A stretch of 64,000 nucleotides of DNA from Octopus bimaculoides (GCF_001194135.2 NC_068989.1:81172882-81236881), one strand, 5' to 3'; numbered from the stretch's first letter, positions 21,081 through 35,579 are shown. Numbers and translations: made by a program. Notes: generated by a model not told the origin, from the sequence alone.

Positions 21081-24000
21081 ATATATGATGGGTTTCCACA
21101 CAGTTTCTGTCTACCAAATTAACTCAAAAGGTATTGGTCATTGGTCAACCCAGGGTTATAGAAGACACTACCAAGTTCCATGCAGTAGGACTGAACCTGA
21201 AACCATATGGCTGCAAAGTGAGTTTCTTAACCACACAGCCATGCATGCTCTTATGTAGATTTTAAATAAGAGTGCCGAGAAGAATAATTTACAAGGCATT
21301 TCCAGGAAGCTACCTCTTACAAACTTATATCCTACTGAGGACAAGCTTTGTTCCTCATCAGGTTAATGCTTTGGAAACCAGAGACAACAACCACACCTAT
21401 TATTCCTTGTGATACTTTCAAAAAAATTTTCAACTTTTAAGTGTAACATGTATTTTTACAGGATACAAACTATTAACCTTTCTGGTTGAAGGGTTAATTG
21501 TTTGTATCCTGTCACTGACTGTGCAATGATTCTATATGGCAAAGCATATAATACTTGCTTCTCTACAGTGTATGAGTGATGGATTCTCTGTCAGAATCAA
21601 CAGTGAACATGCAATTGTTGAAACAACTGAACAGTTATAATGCTATGCTGTATTACAGAGAAAAATCTGTAGATTTTAACCAGCTCTGTATATAACAGAC
21701 AGATGCAAACAGGTTGTCCTTAAATACAGTTTTCTTGTGGACAGAAAAAGAACCAACTGGACTAGTTTCAAACCTCTACTGAAATTTCATCAGAGACTGA
21801 GTTACACTCTTTAACCATTCACTAAGACACTGTTTATAAACCTATTATTTCTTACAGTTTAAGTAATCTAGACTAACTGATTTTTACATTGACACTTTCT
21901 TAGCAGCTAGTCCAATCAATAAATTACTTATGCGCTAATGATATTTTGTTTCAATGTTATTCTATACTACAAAATATATCTATAGATTTTAGTCAACATT
22001 TGACACTGACTTCATGTACAATGTCTTTGTGGAAAAAATAAGTAGGATCAACCAAACTAATTTCAGTCAGTAATTTATTAACCAAACTAATTGTTGAGAA
22101 TGTATTTCAATATGCATACCACTCAACTTGATTTATTCAAGCCTTTAGCAATAGTGGGTTTACAGATGGTGTCTTTGTGATCAGTTAAGCGAGATACTCA
22201 CTTGCTGATGAAATGTTAGCAAAGGATAGGAGGCAGTCCAGCTTATTCCTCTTCTCTTCACAAAGATATTGTATATACAGAACTAGATGTGAACATTTTT
22301 GTATTACATACAGTGTTGGCTAAAATCTATGGATACACTCTGTTGTACAGAATGGCATTGAAACAAAATATTGGTAACACACAAGTAATTTACAAATAGT
22401 TATAACTACAGGCACAGACACGGCTGTGTGGTTGAGAAGTTTACCTCCCAACCACAAAGTTTTGGATTCAGTCTTTGTAGCACTTTGGTTAAGTGTCTTC
22501 AATAATAGCCCCAGGCTGAACAAAGCCTTGTGAGTGGATCTGTGCATGTGTGTTTGTTAGTGTCATGTGACAGTTGTAAACGAGTATCAGTCATACAAGT
22601 GGTGTCTTCCGCTTCCAGTCTTCTGCGGAAACATGTCTGGTCAAGGGAAAATATTACCTTACTTGTTGAGGGTTGGCTACAGGAAGGGCATTCATCCATA
22701 AAGTCTGCCTCTATGAATTTGGTTCAACTCAAGTGAGCATGGAAAGTGGATGTTAAAATGATTATGATGATAATGATCACACAACTCATTAGGTAACAGT
22801 CATTGATTAAAAAAAAAAAGTTAATTAGTACTAGTCTATTGATTCTGAACAGTTAGTATGGAGTTAGTATGGCTTCCATAATTAGTGTTTCTAACTTTTT
22901 AGTGACATTTTCAAATTTGTTGTTGATGGAAATCTTTAAAAGACTGACAAAGATCATTACCATAAAGTCATTAGACAAAGATTAACAAATAAAAAATAAT
23001 GAATAAAAGTAAAAATATACATATATAAAAAGAGCCAATCTCAAGGTGTAGCTTGAATTTACATGTAAATACTGAAATGTTATCTTTTTTAGAGAATCAC
23101 TGACAGCATTTTATGGATTTTGTTTTTCCATTCAGGATTTCAGTGATTTTACATTTTATTCAGAGAAATGCACATCAGAAACTAGATATAAAACAAGATG
23201 TTTTTTTTGTAGCAAATGATTTGATCTGAGACAATGTTTGTTGAAACTGAAGCCATTACATTGTGGAAAAGCAATTCTAGACATCAATATAATAAAACCA
23301 ACAAAAGACTTGCTAGAAATAGAAGCCAAATATCCATCAGTTATACTGTCTTTAAAAAATAAGCACATTAGACAATGTAGTCCTAGATATGTAAAAAGAT
23401 GGAGTGGTCACAGGTGGAATGGTTTTGATCATAGGTTAGCTAAGTTAGAGCTGACCTGGGGCTAAACAACAGCAATTTATTTCCCCACCCAAATTTGTAA
23501 ATACAAAATATAAAAGTTTCCAAAGTTTTAAGGGTTAATGCATAGATCTGTCTCATTCTTCCTTTGTTTTTGTTTTTTCCTTACATTAATGATGTTAAGC
23601 AGATGATAGATATCTTTTCTGCATAGGACACTAAATTAAAATGGGTAACATTCTCCAAATGATCTGTTACCTATTTCCAACAACTAAATGTATTGTAGAG
23701 GCCTCAGTCAGTTAATGTTGACCATACTTCTGCACATGAAGGTACAGGATGAGGCTACGTTTTTTGGGGAAGACTGGTAGTTGTCTATCCATGCATTCAA
23801 GTCTCTACTCTAAATACCACCATGGTTTATCCATATGAAAGGTTATCATAAAAGCCAGGAAATCTCACCTGACGTTTTAACAGTACCACCAATCCATAAT
23901 TCTAGACCTCATTGGAATTTGAACTCAAAAATGAGACAAATACTGCAAGGCATTCTATCCAACACTACAATAATTGCCAATTTACCATCTTAAATCCTTT

Positions 24001-26097
24001 CATTAACATAATTCTTTTGAAATAGACTGTCTTTGTTTCAATTCACTTTGAAAACAGCGAAGCATCTAGTAAAATAACTTTCTTATAATTAAGTTAACAT
24101 GAAATTATGATGACAAGTTTCAATTTAGCTCACATAGAACAAAGGTTGGTCTCAGATTGGGATCAAAAGAGTTAAATATACTGAGAAGGAATAAATATTA
24201 TATATTTTGAGAGAAAAATTATCACTATAAAATTAGTGTCTTAGAGAGGGAAAGCTTTGTTTCCCAATTGTTTAGGAGACTACTAAAATATACAATAAAA
24301 TATCTTGAGTAGGTTTAAATTCAAGCACTATGAGCTAGTAATCCAATATCTTATTCACTGGAGCCATTACATACATAAGCATTTGCTAGAAATATGTAAG
24401 TTTCTGCTATTTTTGCCACCAACTTAAAGCAAACAAAATACTGCAACTTGCAGAATATATTTTGTACATAATAATTCTGGCAACATTTTGGTGACTGTCT
24501 GCCTACTTTTAATTATATAACACAATTGAAAATAACAAACTGAATGCTTGGACAAACTCTAAGGATTCTTCATGCTGGAACATTACTGCATGCAAACACA
24601 TATCTGCCATGGGAGAGTGAGAGACAGGGAGTGGTTGAGAGGTGAGTACAATGAAGAACAAGTGCTGAGAGGATGATAAGTAGGGGAGATAGGGAAGAAC
24701 AGGTAACATGTGTTGAGATTGGACAGGGTTAAGGAGTGAATGTAATCAACGGTGGCTAAGGGGTGGGAGGTGACCAATGATGGATGCATCATTGTGAAAA
24801 GTACCTGAATAGTGGTGGAGAAGATCTTGTGTGCTCAAACAGAACAAAGTATTTGTTAAAAGTTAATAATTTATACTGAAAAGTGATTTTGACTCTTCTG
24901 ATAACCAACCCACCTAAGACTGCTCTTTGCTCTATGATACATACTTACTGTTTTTAATTAATCTAAATCAAAACCATTCATCAAAATTTCAAGGTGACTT
25001 ATGTCCTAGCTTAGTAATGGCAAAATTATTTTACTAGATTCTTCATTATTTTCAAAATAACTAGAACAAAGACAGAAATATGATATCATAAGGAAGGTGA
25101 ATGAAGTACACTCTTTCCTTCTTGGTTACGACTCCTTGAAATGCCACTTCATGCCCTAGGTTGGAAATCCTTTCCTTTATTGTATTTGAAAGACATTCAT
25201 TTCACAATTTAATGATGATTTCATCATATCATCATCATCGTTTAATGTCTGCTTTCCATGCTAGCATGGGTTGGATGATTTGACTGAGGGCTGGTGAACC
25301 AGATGGCTACACCAGGCTCCAATCTGATTTGGCAGAGTTTCTACAGCTGGATGCCCTTCCTAACGCTAAAAGTAATATAAAATTTAATAAAGATGTTGAC
25401 CTCGCCACAGAAAGGAACTAATGGTAAAAGCAGATTGGCCAATGATGTGTGCAGATATCTCTTAAGTTGGCAATTACTCTTTATGGAAAACGAAGAGACT
25501 GTCGAAGAAGATCACACTCAGTTTCTTGGAGGCATCCTGAAAATGTAGGGAACACGAACATTCTACCTCACCACTATACCACTGTTTGTGTCCTTGTACA
25601 TTAAGACATAGACCAGCATTTCATTACCTCATGACACTACTAGAAGATAGCTGTAAGACTTGTTTGTGTAGATCGTAAGCAACACCCCTGCTACTCAAGC
25701 AGTGTCAATGAAAATACACTCACACGTACACATGTATACATTCACATACACATATATGTACACACACACATGATGACTGAAATAAAACCAAGAACAATGA
25801 GGAGACCAAATATATAACTGGCTACTAACTGAGTCACAAACATCAAGGTGTAGAGCTTTGCAAAGGACATGCATTTCACAAGTTAACAAGAAGCAAATCA
25901 AATGAAATATTAGACTGCATGAAGCTATTAATTCTGTCGTGAATATGGACCAATGGCAAAAATAGAATTGGCTTGTGATGAGTTTACAACATATCTAATA
26001 TTGCAGATTACCACTAATAGAAATGGAAAAGGGGAGAAAAAGAAGATGATAATGATGATTTGCAGTAGATAGTAATAAACTATGCATATTTTCTTAC

Positions 26098-26206
26098 CAC
26101 TCAATCTCATCTCAAAACAGATTCTGAAGCAAGACTGCATGATTTCACAGACAGATTCATTTGTAAGTAGCACTCCAGCTGGAGACAGCAGCAACGTTCG
26201 AAGTAC
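26098..26206 (-). CDS. GBF1: GBF1 coding exon 5 ([36 protein letters not shown])
   Basis: 109 nt, phase 0 to 1, tttttgtag acceptor, GTAAGA donor. Confidence 0.96.
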
Positions 26207-27193
26207 CTACAAAAATATAGTAATTATGAAAATAAATTAAATGTATTAGTTGTAATGTGCTAAGGTATTGAAAATTTTTATATGAGACAATACATTACTT
26301 TTCTCATAATGATGAGATAATTTAGAAAGAAAAATGAATATGAAATATCGTAATTAAAAAAGATAATAAGGTAAGCACCATAGAAAAAGATAAATTCTCA
26401 ACAAAGAAAGTGCAGGTATGTGGTTAAGAAGTTTGCTTTGCAATTATGTGGTTCTGGGTTCACTCTCACTGCATGGTACTTGCAGAACCACTTTTACAAG
26501 ACCCTCCTGCAGATCACCTTGATAAAGATTGACTGGTGATTTTAAGCAGACATGTTGGACAACTCCTCACAGCCATCTCCGTATGCCATTTCCTGATGGA
26601 CATAAAATTTATGTCTTGTGTATTTGCCTTATGAGTAGGTGAAATAGAAAGTAGGCTCATATGAAATATAGCTATAAGTGGCTACTAGTGATGTTACTGA
26701 CTATCATCATCATTATCATTCACTTTCCATGCTGGCATGAGTTAGACAGGTCGTCACAGTCTGAGTCAGTCCTTTGGAATTACCACCCTCCTAGATGAAT
26801 GGGAAGATCACATCTCACTTGTACGTTTCAGTCTTGGCTTGGTTTCTACTATTAGATGCTCTTCCTATCACCAACCACTTTACAGAGGATATTGAGTACA
26901 TTTAATATGGCACTGATACTAGTAAAGCTGTGGTATTCTTGACAAGGCTACAGAGTCCTCTTGACTATGTCATCTCAACTTGATCACTAACCACTACAAA
27001 GAGCGCACTGGACTGGATGCATTTGATTGTGGCCCCAAGCACTAATGGTTTCTTCTATAAGACTAACCCTTTACACACACACACATATATTTCTGATAAA
27101 AACAAATAAAATTAAATAAATTCATTATTCACAATAACAAGGCGGATAAATGTCACATTCTTTTAACAATAACAGGAAAATATAAAACCTTAC

Positions 27194-27312
27194 ATGTAAT
27201 ATTTTCATAAGAACAACTTCATCCGAACTAGGATCTGTGCCAACAAATCGAGCATGTGTTACAGCATCAGCAATGTTTTCTATTGCTGGAGCTGCTGTTT
27301 TACAGGAAGGTT
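27194..27312 (-). CDS. GBF1: GBF1 coding exon 4 ([40 protein letters not shown])
   Basis: 119 nt, phase 1 to 0, gttttag acceptor, GTAAGG donor; conserved [14 protein letters not shown]. Confidence 0.96.
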
Positions 27313-27658
27313 CTAAAACAAGACAAGGATTTAACATGTCAAATACTATTAGATACGATGAATAGCAAAAATATCTATTATTTGAAGAGAAAGGCAATGG
27401 AGAAAAAAAACATAAAAAAGGAAGACTTTTATCAAAATGTTTTAACAAGTGACTTCTTGTTCTCTTCCTCTCCATACTTCCTGTCAGTATGGTCTTGAGC
27501 AGTGACTCATGGTCCATAATATGATAGTTTTATGGACTTGTTACCTTGTAAATGCTACTGCCCCAGAAACAGTTATCTTTTTAAGAGTGGTGGTTAAAAG
27601 TTTGGAACAAACAATTTGATAAATCTGAAATCAAAATGAAATAAAAACAGTTACTTAC

Positions 27659-27790
27659 CAATCAACCCATAGGAGATAAATTTGTTGACAGAGGTGAGAG
27701 CAAGTCCAGTGATTGGCCCTGTTGTATCTTCTGATCGGATTACTCCAAGGAATGGACTTAAAAATGCATTTGGTTCTAGATCACCCAAAT
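27659..27790 (-). CDS. GBF1: GBF1 coding exon 3, DCB domain (DLGDLEPNAFLSPFLGVIRSEDTTGPITGLALTSVNKFISYGLI)
   Basis: 132 nt, phase 1 to 1, tttttag acceptor, GTAAGT donor; near-invariant SEDTTGPITGLAL motif. Confidence 0.96.
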
Positions 27791-28299
27791 CTAAAAATAA
27801 AAATAATGCAAAAATTTTATATGATTTGATGCTTAGAAACATTCCAGAGAGACAGGACTCTTACACATTTTGTTATGTAATCTTCTCTAGTTTGTTAGTC
27901 ACAGTTCAACTCTGATCAAGCAGGCCTATGATCAAAGGTATTCTAGCCATGACCATTCCATGTGGTATTAGGCACCTTGACCTACACTATCTAATGTGTT
28001 CCTAATTATGAAAGATATGGTGTGATTCAAGGGAACTATTACTAACAGATCATGTGCCCTGCAGGGATTCCATCATTGGTAAGAAGGAAGGCAATACCTG
28101 TAATTCTTTACAGGGCCCTCAAGAATGGTGACAAGGAAGGAAGAAAGTATCCATAAACTTGAGTCCTGGCTCAAGAGCTTGCAACAGAGGGGACAGCACT
28201 AAAAGCATCCAAGGTGCTGGGTGGTGATGGTGTTAAACAGAACAACAGAATAAGTCTACCAAGCAACTCTTTAACAGACCATATAATATAAGTTTTCTT

Positions 28300-29400
28300 T
28301 TCATTTATATAAGTCTAGAGGAAGGGGTAGAGCTCATGATCCATGCAGGCCTTCAGAGTCTGGTGAAATTGATACCATTAATATTGTGTTTCAACTACTG
28401 CAGGAAAGACATGAGCAGAGAGGAGATTCCTGAGGCCTGTTGTACTGGAGATGAAGGACTAAGCATAGCAATTAGTGCAAGGAAAGAATGGGTACCAAAA
28501 GGTAGAAAAATTAGAGGGACAGGGGTGCCTGGGTAATGGAGGTATGAGACCAACCAGCTCTGAGAAGAGGCTAAAGTGTGTCCATTAGTGATGGAGAGCA
28601 ACTGAGTCAAGAGACCCTTACCTGGATAGAATCCAGTACGTCAACATGCCTAATAGCAGCACAATCCCAGATGTGGGCCTCGCCTGAGCCTTGTTGGGTA
28701 TCAGCAGCTGTTGGAAAAATATCTTCTGATTCTAAAGAGAAAGGTTAGTTTTGGGGATATGTTCCTAGCTATGCTAAAGATGTCCTTTCACCAATAGAGA
28801 TCTTCAGTGATTTGGATTAACCGTGAGATTTATAGTTGAGTACTGCTCATGTTTAAAGGAAAACTGTGATGGGAGTGGTGTTTTCTTGATAGGATGAGCA
28901 TGAGTTTTTTTTGCTGTTAAAAGAGACAAGGTTGACATGATCTCATAGGACGATGCTCTCAAGGACTTCATTAATGGAATCACTGCAGGTGTGGTGTGTA
29001 GTGTTTAGGTTGCATGTGGATGATGCTTAAATAGAGAAGGTTTGGGAGGACTAAAAGTTCATATCAGTTGTGTAAAATTGGACATTGTTGGAAGTGAGCC
29101 AAGTAGGTTATTGAAGAGATTGAGGGACAGAATACAAGTTGGTGGCAGTGGGGCACAAAGTGCACCATAAACACATGCCACAATAGTACAATCTGATAGG
29201 AAACTGCCAATCCAAGAGATGAGAGATGTGTGGAACCTATAGGTGAGAAATTTTGATAAAAGATTTGCATACCAGACACAGTCAATGGTATTGCTAATAT
29301 CTAGAGTAACAACATTGCTTTCACCGAACTTCTCAGTGAGAACCCACTGGTGGGTGACAGAGTAGATCTCCAGTTGACCATTCAGAATTTCAAATGTAAC
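28300..29400 (-). mobile_element. Highly decayed CR1/Jockey-like LINE ORF2 fragment
   Basis: Minus-strand translation gives remnants ILSLNLFNNLL, SIARNISPKLTFLFR, SELVGLIPPLP and SFISSTTGLRNLLSAHVFP, similar to the RT and C-terminal parts of such LINEs. Confidence 0.5.
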
Positions 29401-30261
29401 AACCAGTAGGTATTTTGCCTATTTACACCTGTCTATTGTTATTTTTATTTTTTTTTTATTTTATATAGATTAAGAAAGACTGGAAATGTTTGAAAGTGGA
29501 GACATTTATGTGTGTTCTTTAAACAATTGTTTTACATTTGACTGTTCCTCCAAACACTTATTTATAAGAGGAATATAGGTACATATTTCCCAACTAAAAA
29601 ATGAAATTAACATGCTTGTCCTATAACAAAAAAACCTCGGAACACAATACAATGAGAGGGTTTGACCCAGTGAACCATCAATAAAGTACTCGACATCTTA
29701 AACTACATGGCCATCATATATTGCCCTTTGGAAGATCAAAGTTATGAAGTTACAGTAAAATCATATTAACAGTGTAGTAGGCGTTAGCAGTCCAACCCAT
29801 TCCAGTATGGAAAACAGTCATTACATTAGATGATGATGATGATACACAAAGTATTTAAAATTTAAATTGAGAAAATAAATACACATTAAAATCAATGACT
29901 AACATTATCCTTGAATTTTTCTAGTAAATATACAAAAAAAGAAGCTTCAAAAAGTTGCTAAGTATTTTATATATAGAGTGACTAGAACCAGAAGTACAAT
30001 TTTTTAAATAATATTTATAAAAATTTATTGAGGGAGATTTAGCTGCCATTTCTAGCAGGTTGAATGACTCTGTAGAGATTCCATCATTAGCTTGTAACAG
30101 AAGGTGGCAGGAGGAAGATCAAAGAGTCCACATAAAATAATTAGTATCAGTTTGTATATAATGTTCAGCCTAGTTTGATGGATGAGATAATGCAAAATGA
30201 GATGAAACAAATAAATTGTTATTGTCCTCTAAGATCTGCTCAGTACAAAAGACAGACTTAC

Positions 30262-30328
30262 CTGCCACTGTGTTAAGCACATCTTTTAGCTGAGAAAAGC
30301 TGCTTAATATTGGATCAGCATCGTCATC
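30262..30328 (-). CDS. GBF1: GBF1 coding exon 2 (DDDADPILSSFSQLKDVLNTVA)
   Basis: Not in the ORF track; found by reading the minus strand. ttacag acceptor, 67 nt, phase 0 to 1, donor CAG|GTAAGT. Resembles DEERDPLLHSFGHLKEVLN. Confidence 0.92.
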
Positions 30329-30589
30329 CTGTAATTGGGAAAAATTACAAAAACAGTAGTAATATAAAAAAATTAATCAAAAGTAAATAATTTGAAAATT
30401 GAAAATAGAATAAATTTAGAAAACATTTAACTTGCATTTGTGCAGAAAGCAATCAAAGACAGGACTATTAAATTATTCATCAAGTAGAAATTTGCTGTAA
30501 GTGTTAAAATTTATAAAGTAATCATTTTCCCTCTTTTTTAGCCTCATGTTAGCCCCGATTGGAAAAGAGCCATGATCAGAGGCAACCTA

Positions 30590-31900
30590 TTGCGTATCTC
30601 CCAAACACTCTCCCATCACACGCACTTCAAACAACACAAAGGCAACAGAGATAGCCATTTACAATATTTTTCTCCAACACCTTTCATCTTTCTCCCTCTT
30701 TAATGAACACTGCTACAGCTTTCATATAACCAAATTGACTTATGATCTACTTTCCCATGTCACTCACCAGTGGGTTGTTGTCTTTGAGAAATTTGGTTAA
30801 AAGTAGTATCGTTCTCTTCCCATCAACAAAGTTTTTGACTGTTTCTGACACATGATTCTCCGGTCAAAACTGCCCATACAAGTGCTTCACCCATATTTCT
30901 TGGATCGGAAGCATTTTGTTGTAAGACTTGCTGATACAACTCTCTCTGACCCACACTATAATAACCATGCATTCAGTTTTGTCCCTCATGCTCTTCTTCC
31001 ATTACATTAATGATTTACTTGGCATCACCTCCAACAACACCCACTCCTGTACAAATAATATTTCCCTCTGGTCCTCTTTAAGTGAAGGCACATGGCTCAG
31101 TGGTTAGAGCATCAGGCTTACAATTATGAGGTAGTGAGTTTGATTCCCAGACTGGGCTGTGTGTTGTGTTCTTGAGCAAGACACTTTATTTCACATTGCT
31201 CCAGTTCACTCAGCTGTAGAAATGAGTTGTGACATCACTGGCGCCAAACTGTATTGGCCTTTGCCTTCCCCTTGGATAACATCATCGGTGTGAGGAGGGG
31301 GAGGCTAGTATGCAAGGGTAACTGCTGGTCTTCCACAAACAACATAGCCTGGACTTGTGCCTCAGATGGCAACTTTCTAGGTGCAATCCCATGGGCATTT
31401 ACGACTGAAGGGGGTAGTCTTTACCCTGATGCCCCCTAACCTTCCATATTCTGCACACATCCAGAAAACTCTATCACAACTCACTCCCTTTAAACATGAG
31501 TAACATGCAACTGGAGCCTTTGTTATCACCGAGAATCTCTCCTGACTACTCCAAGTATAAGCAGTCTAGAGAGCTCAGGTAACACCCCATAATAGTATAC
31601 CTCTCCCTCATCTGAGATGGTGTTGCTCTCTGTCCAGAGAAAGGCCACTCAACTAATTGGTATGAAGTCACTTACAAACACACTCCAATCTTCGTGCTGT
31701 CCCAAATGTATCATCTCATCTCCCAGTCTTTTCTGCTGTTACTATATAATGACCTCAGGTCTTTAGATCTGACTGTTTCATTCTACCTCTCAAACACTTT
31801 CAATTCATTCTTCTCTTCTCCCATCACCTATATTGCATCCAACCCCACCAAACCCTCTAGATGTCCTCTTTGCACATGTCTTTTTCTACAAATCTCAGCC
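30590..31900 (+). mobile_element. Highly decayed CR1/Jockey-like RT fragment interrupted by a SINE
   Basis: Remnants INKVFDCF*HM..SKLP and SVLSLMLFFHYINDLLGITSNNTHSCTNNISL (cf. ISKAFDRVWH, SVLSPTLFLLFINDL...HSYADD). Confidence 0.5.
31083..31425 (+). mobile_element. tRNA-derived CORE-like SINE, family E
   Basis: A box TGGCTCAGTGG, B-box-like GAGTTTGATTCCC, core cttgagcaagacactttatttcacattgctccag; related relics at ~13762-14035 (+) and ~1555-1790 (-). Confidence 0.8.
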
Positions 31901-33377
31901 CACAAAAGTTTAAGTAGAATATTTATAGAATGAATCTCACAAGTCTGAAGTCCTGCAAAAGCCATAGCACAAAGCCTTCATCCAAACCAAATTAAAACAC
32001 AAAACAAAACAGAATTTAGGACTACATTATCCATTTTAAAATGGTAGGGTGTAATTTGAGTGACATCTGACTCTTAGCAAGTTGGGTGACAATATAGAAA
32101 CTCTTTTATTGGCTCACTCATCTGCAGTTTAAAGGAATATGTGTAGCTGAAGAATCTGTCATATAGGGAATATGAAAAGATCTTGGATCCAACTTGGTCT
32201 ACAAATATCACTGTGAAATCTTGTTGATTTCTTTTTCCTCTGAGCTGATGTAGTGAAAATGTCAGGCACAACATTTACAGAAAATACCTGATAAAAATTG
32301 TCGCTGTATGTAATATTATAGTAATATAGTCAGAGTAAATTCTATTATTTGTGACAGACTGAATAAGTGGTGGAGGGAGATATACATGTCTATTTGAACT
32401 GATTTAGATAAAAAAACGTATAACTGATAAAACAATTTTCATTTTCCAATCAATAAAAAAAATGGAAGAACATACTATATGAATTGATAATGTAAACATA
32501 ACATGAAGTTCAAACGAAACAATATGGAGGACAGCACAATGAGTTATAGTCTTGTCTTCAATCAATTTGTAACCTATCTAAAGCTTATCAGCTTTCTAAA
32601 GAGATTCATTGATTTGTTAGATTGTTTTTCTTCTACATTATTTTTTTTCTTTACATTATGATGATCTACATTAATGAGAGCAGAGATGTTCTGAAAGGCA
32701 AACAGCTTAAGTAAACATATGTATTATAATAGCTGATCTTAAGTTGGGAGATAGTGGTTCCTTGAAGGTGTTGTGAGGAGCTTGGAGCTTGCAAAAGGAG
32801 CATTATGAGTCAGGGATGAGATTCTAGGTACTTGGAGAGAAGGGTGAATTTTAGAAACAAAATATTTAGAGCAGGTCCAAATTTTATATTTTAAACACAT
32901 TTTCAAAAAAAGAAAAAGAAAAAATTTTATGAGTAGGATATTATTGTATTATCAACACACAGCCCAGTCTGGGAATTGAACTCACAACAAAAACGATTGA
33001 TGATGCACCAAGGTTCAATCTAATTTCACTACATGCCCTCACTCCTAGTAATTTCCATAAAAATTTAACATAGGGGTCACTAGTTCATGCAAATATCTAA
33101 AGAAGGAATAATGCAAAAAAAAAAAAAAAAAAAANNNNNNNNNNNNNNNNNNNNNNNNNNNNNNNNNNNNNNNNNNNNNNNNNNNNNNNNNNNNNNNNNN
33201 NNNNNNNNNNNNNNNNNNNNNNNNAAGATTTACACAAAATTAGCATTTCCTTATTTTATGTTTTATTTTACTTATATTGTTGAACATTTCACTTGCTCCA
33301 TCAAATTCTGCAAGAATGAACAATAACCTGTTAAGGGTCACACAGGGATTTCTATGATACTAATCATCCAAATACAT

Positions 33378-33800
33378 CATCATCCTCATCGTTTAGCATC
33401 CACTTTCCATACTGGCATGGGTTGGGCGGTTTGACTGAGGACTGGCAAGCCGTGTGGCTGCACCAGGTTCCAATCTGATCTGGCAAGGTTTCTACAGCTG
33501 GATGCACTTCCTAATGCCAACTACTCTGAGAGTATAGTGGGTGCTTTTTACATGCCACCAGCATAGGAGCCAGTCAGGCAGCACTGGTATCGACCAGGCT
33601 CGAATGGTGCTTTTTATGTGCCACTGGCACTAGCATCAGCCACACCCGAAAGGTGCTTTACACGTGCCACCGACATGGGTGCCAGTCAAGTGGCACTGGC
33701 ATCGGCCATGACTATGATCTCACTTGAGTCAATAGGTCTTCTCAAGCACAGCATATTGCCCGACAATTGAAGGGCACTTTTAAATGGGCTGGTTATGCGA
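33378..33800 (-). mobile_element. RTE-type LINE 3' UTR fragment
   Basis: Reverse complement of the shared 3' end with a (CAT)n-like start. Confidence 0.7.
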
Positions 33801-33894
33801 CAGTCTCAAAACTCGTCACTGTCCCCAATGAAATAGTTTCTGAGCATGTCCCCAATAAAACAGTTTTCAGGGAAATTTGATTTATTCATTTATC

Positions 33895-33923
33895 ATTATT
33901 ATTATTAGTAGTAGTAGTAGTAA

Positions 33924-33956
<33 letters not shown>

Positions 33957-33970
33957 CAGCAGCAGCAACG
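33895..33970 (+). repeat. Compound microsatellite (ATT)n(AGT)n(AGC)n
   Basis: Directly visible. Confidence 0.9.
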
Positions 33971-34537
33971 GCAATTGTTATTGTTGTAAAACATGGGGGA
34001 CAAGGTGTAAAAATTTGTAAATATCATTTGGTGAAAGGGGATACTAAATTACAAAAGGTTAAAAACCAGTTTCACGGTAATGGAAGTGATTCTTGTACTG
34101 AATACTTCAAGTTTGATAATACAAATGGATAAAAGAATATTGTTTGAAGTCAACCAACAAAGTATTCTGTGAAAAGAAATCAAAATTTTAAAATGCTGAA
34201 TGTTTTGAGTTCAAATCATTTGTGACAATATTTCTAATAATAGATGTCACTTAAGTGTTTCAATTAAATTTAGAAAATAAAGAATTTTTTGGTGGGTGGA
34301 GGGATTTAGTAATGTAACAAAAAGTTCCTGCATTAAAAAGATTATTTCAGAAGGTTTTAATTTAGACAAAAACACTTGAACCCTGTTATTGTGGAAATCA
34401 GATATAGATCTATTCAAAATTTCATTATCTTTTGTTGAGGAATGTCATGTTTTGAAACTAATTTTTTGTTGAGCCCTGTCAAGTTTTACTTGAGGCAACA
34501 TGACTTGCAGAAAATATCAATTCTACTTTTGGCAGAC

Positions 34538-34883
34538 GGACTCGTGGTTTCAATTCTCAGACCGGGCGTTGTAAGTGTTTATTGAGCGAAAACAACTAAA
34601 GCTCCACGAGGCTCCGGCAGGGGATGGTGGTGAACCCTGCTGTACTTTTCACCACAACTTTCTCTCACTCTTACTTCCTGTTTCTGCTGTGCCTGTAATT
34701 CAAAGGGTCAGCCTTGTCACACTGTGTCACGTTGAATATCCCCAAGAACTACGTTAAGGGTACACGTGTCTGTGGAGTGCTCAGCCACTTGCACGTTAAT
34801 TTCATGAGCAGGCTGTTCTGTTGATCGGATCAACTGGAACCCTCGACGTCGTAAGCGACGGAGTGCCAACAACAACAACAACA
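34538..34883 (+). mobile_element. 5'-truncated SINE, family A
   Basis: TSD ACTTTTGGCAGAC (34525-34537 / 34884-34896); head truncated and internally deleted; (CAA)n tail. Confidence 0.9.
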
Positions 34884-35579
34884 ACTTTTGGCAGACATTT
34901 AACATCATTACTGGAATAACCATGAAATTTAATTTTGCAGTCTAAGGGTTAAAATAGAGAGTTTTTATTGATAAAACTAGAAGCATACTTAGGTAGGCTG
35001 GTATCAAACAGATTAAACAGAAAGAAGTCTTAAAATATGTCAATTATTTAACGATCCAAGAACACTACAATGGCAGTAGATTACTTCCTGTGTTCATCAG
35101 TCTTTTTTTTTTTTTTTTGCTGGCATCATTAATTTATTTTAGCATTTACATGACTAACCAGTCAACCACAGAACAATTAGCATAATACAAAAGAACAATA
35201 TATTTATAAATGATTTATTTCAAGCTAACAGAAATTATCCACATGATATAAATATTTTATAGAATATTTATCTAAAACAATTTCAAATTTGTGAAATTTG
35301 ACCAATTAATATTTAATCAACATGAGTTAGTGAAAGAGAGTTTCAATTATCAGTCAGTAACAATAAATAGAATCCAATGTGTGTCAATGAACAATAAATT
35401 GCCACCAGTTCTTGTAAGAAAGGGAAGCAAGATCAGAGAATATCTACTTATTTGGCATGACATTTGAATATCATGATAGAGTCAGATAGTCAGAGATTTA
35501 CAAGAAGGTTATTTAGATATCTTGAGGTTATACACAAAAATATTTTGATCACTGCATTTTCAGTTAGTAAAATGGCATT

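Noticed and set aside
22202-22282. 81-nt stop-free, phase 1-compatible cassette exon candidate (VLYIQYLCEEKRNKLDCLLSFANISSA) with GTGAGT donor
   Set aside because: Weak pyrimidine tract, and it would split the conserved FEMRLS/ELLRK junction of the DCB domain; compatible with chance. Junction reads would overturn this.
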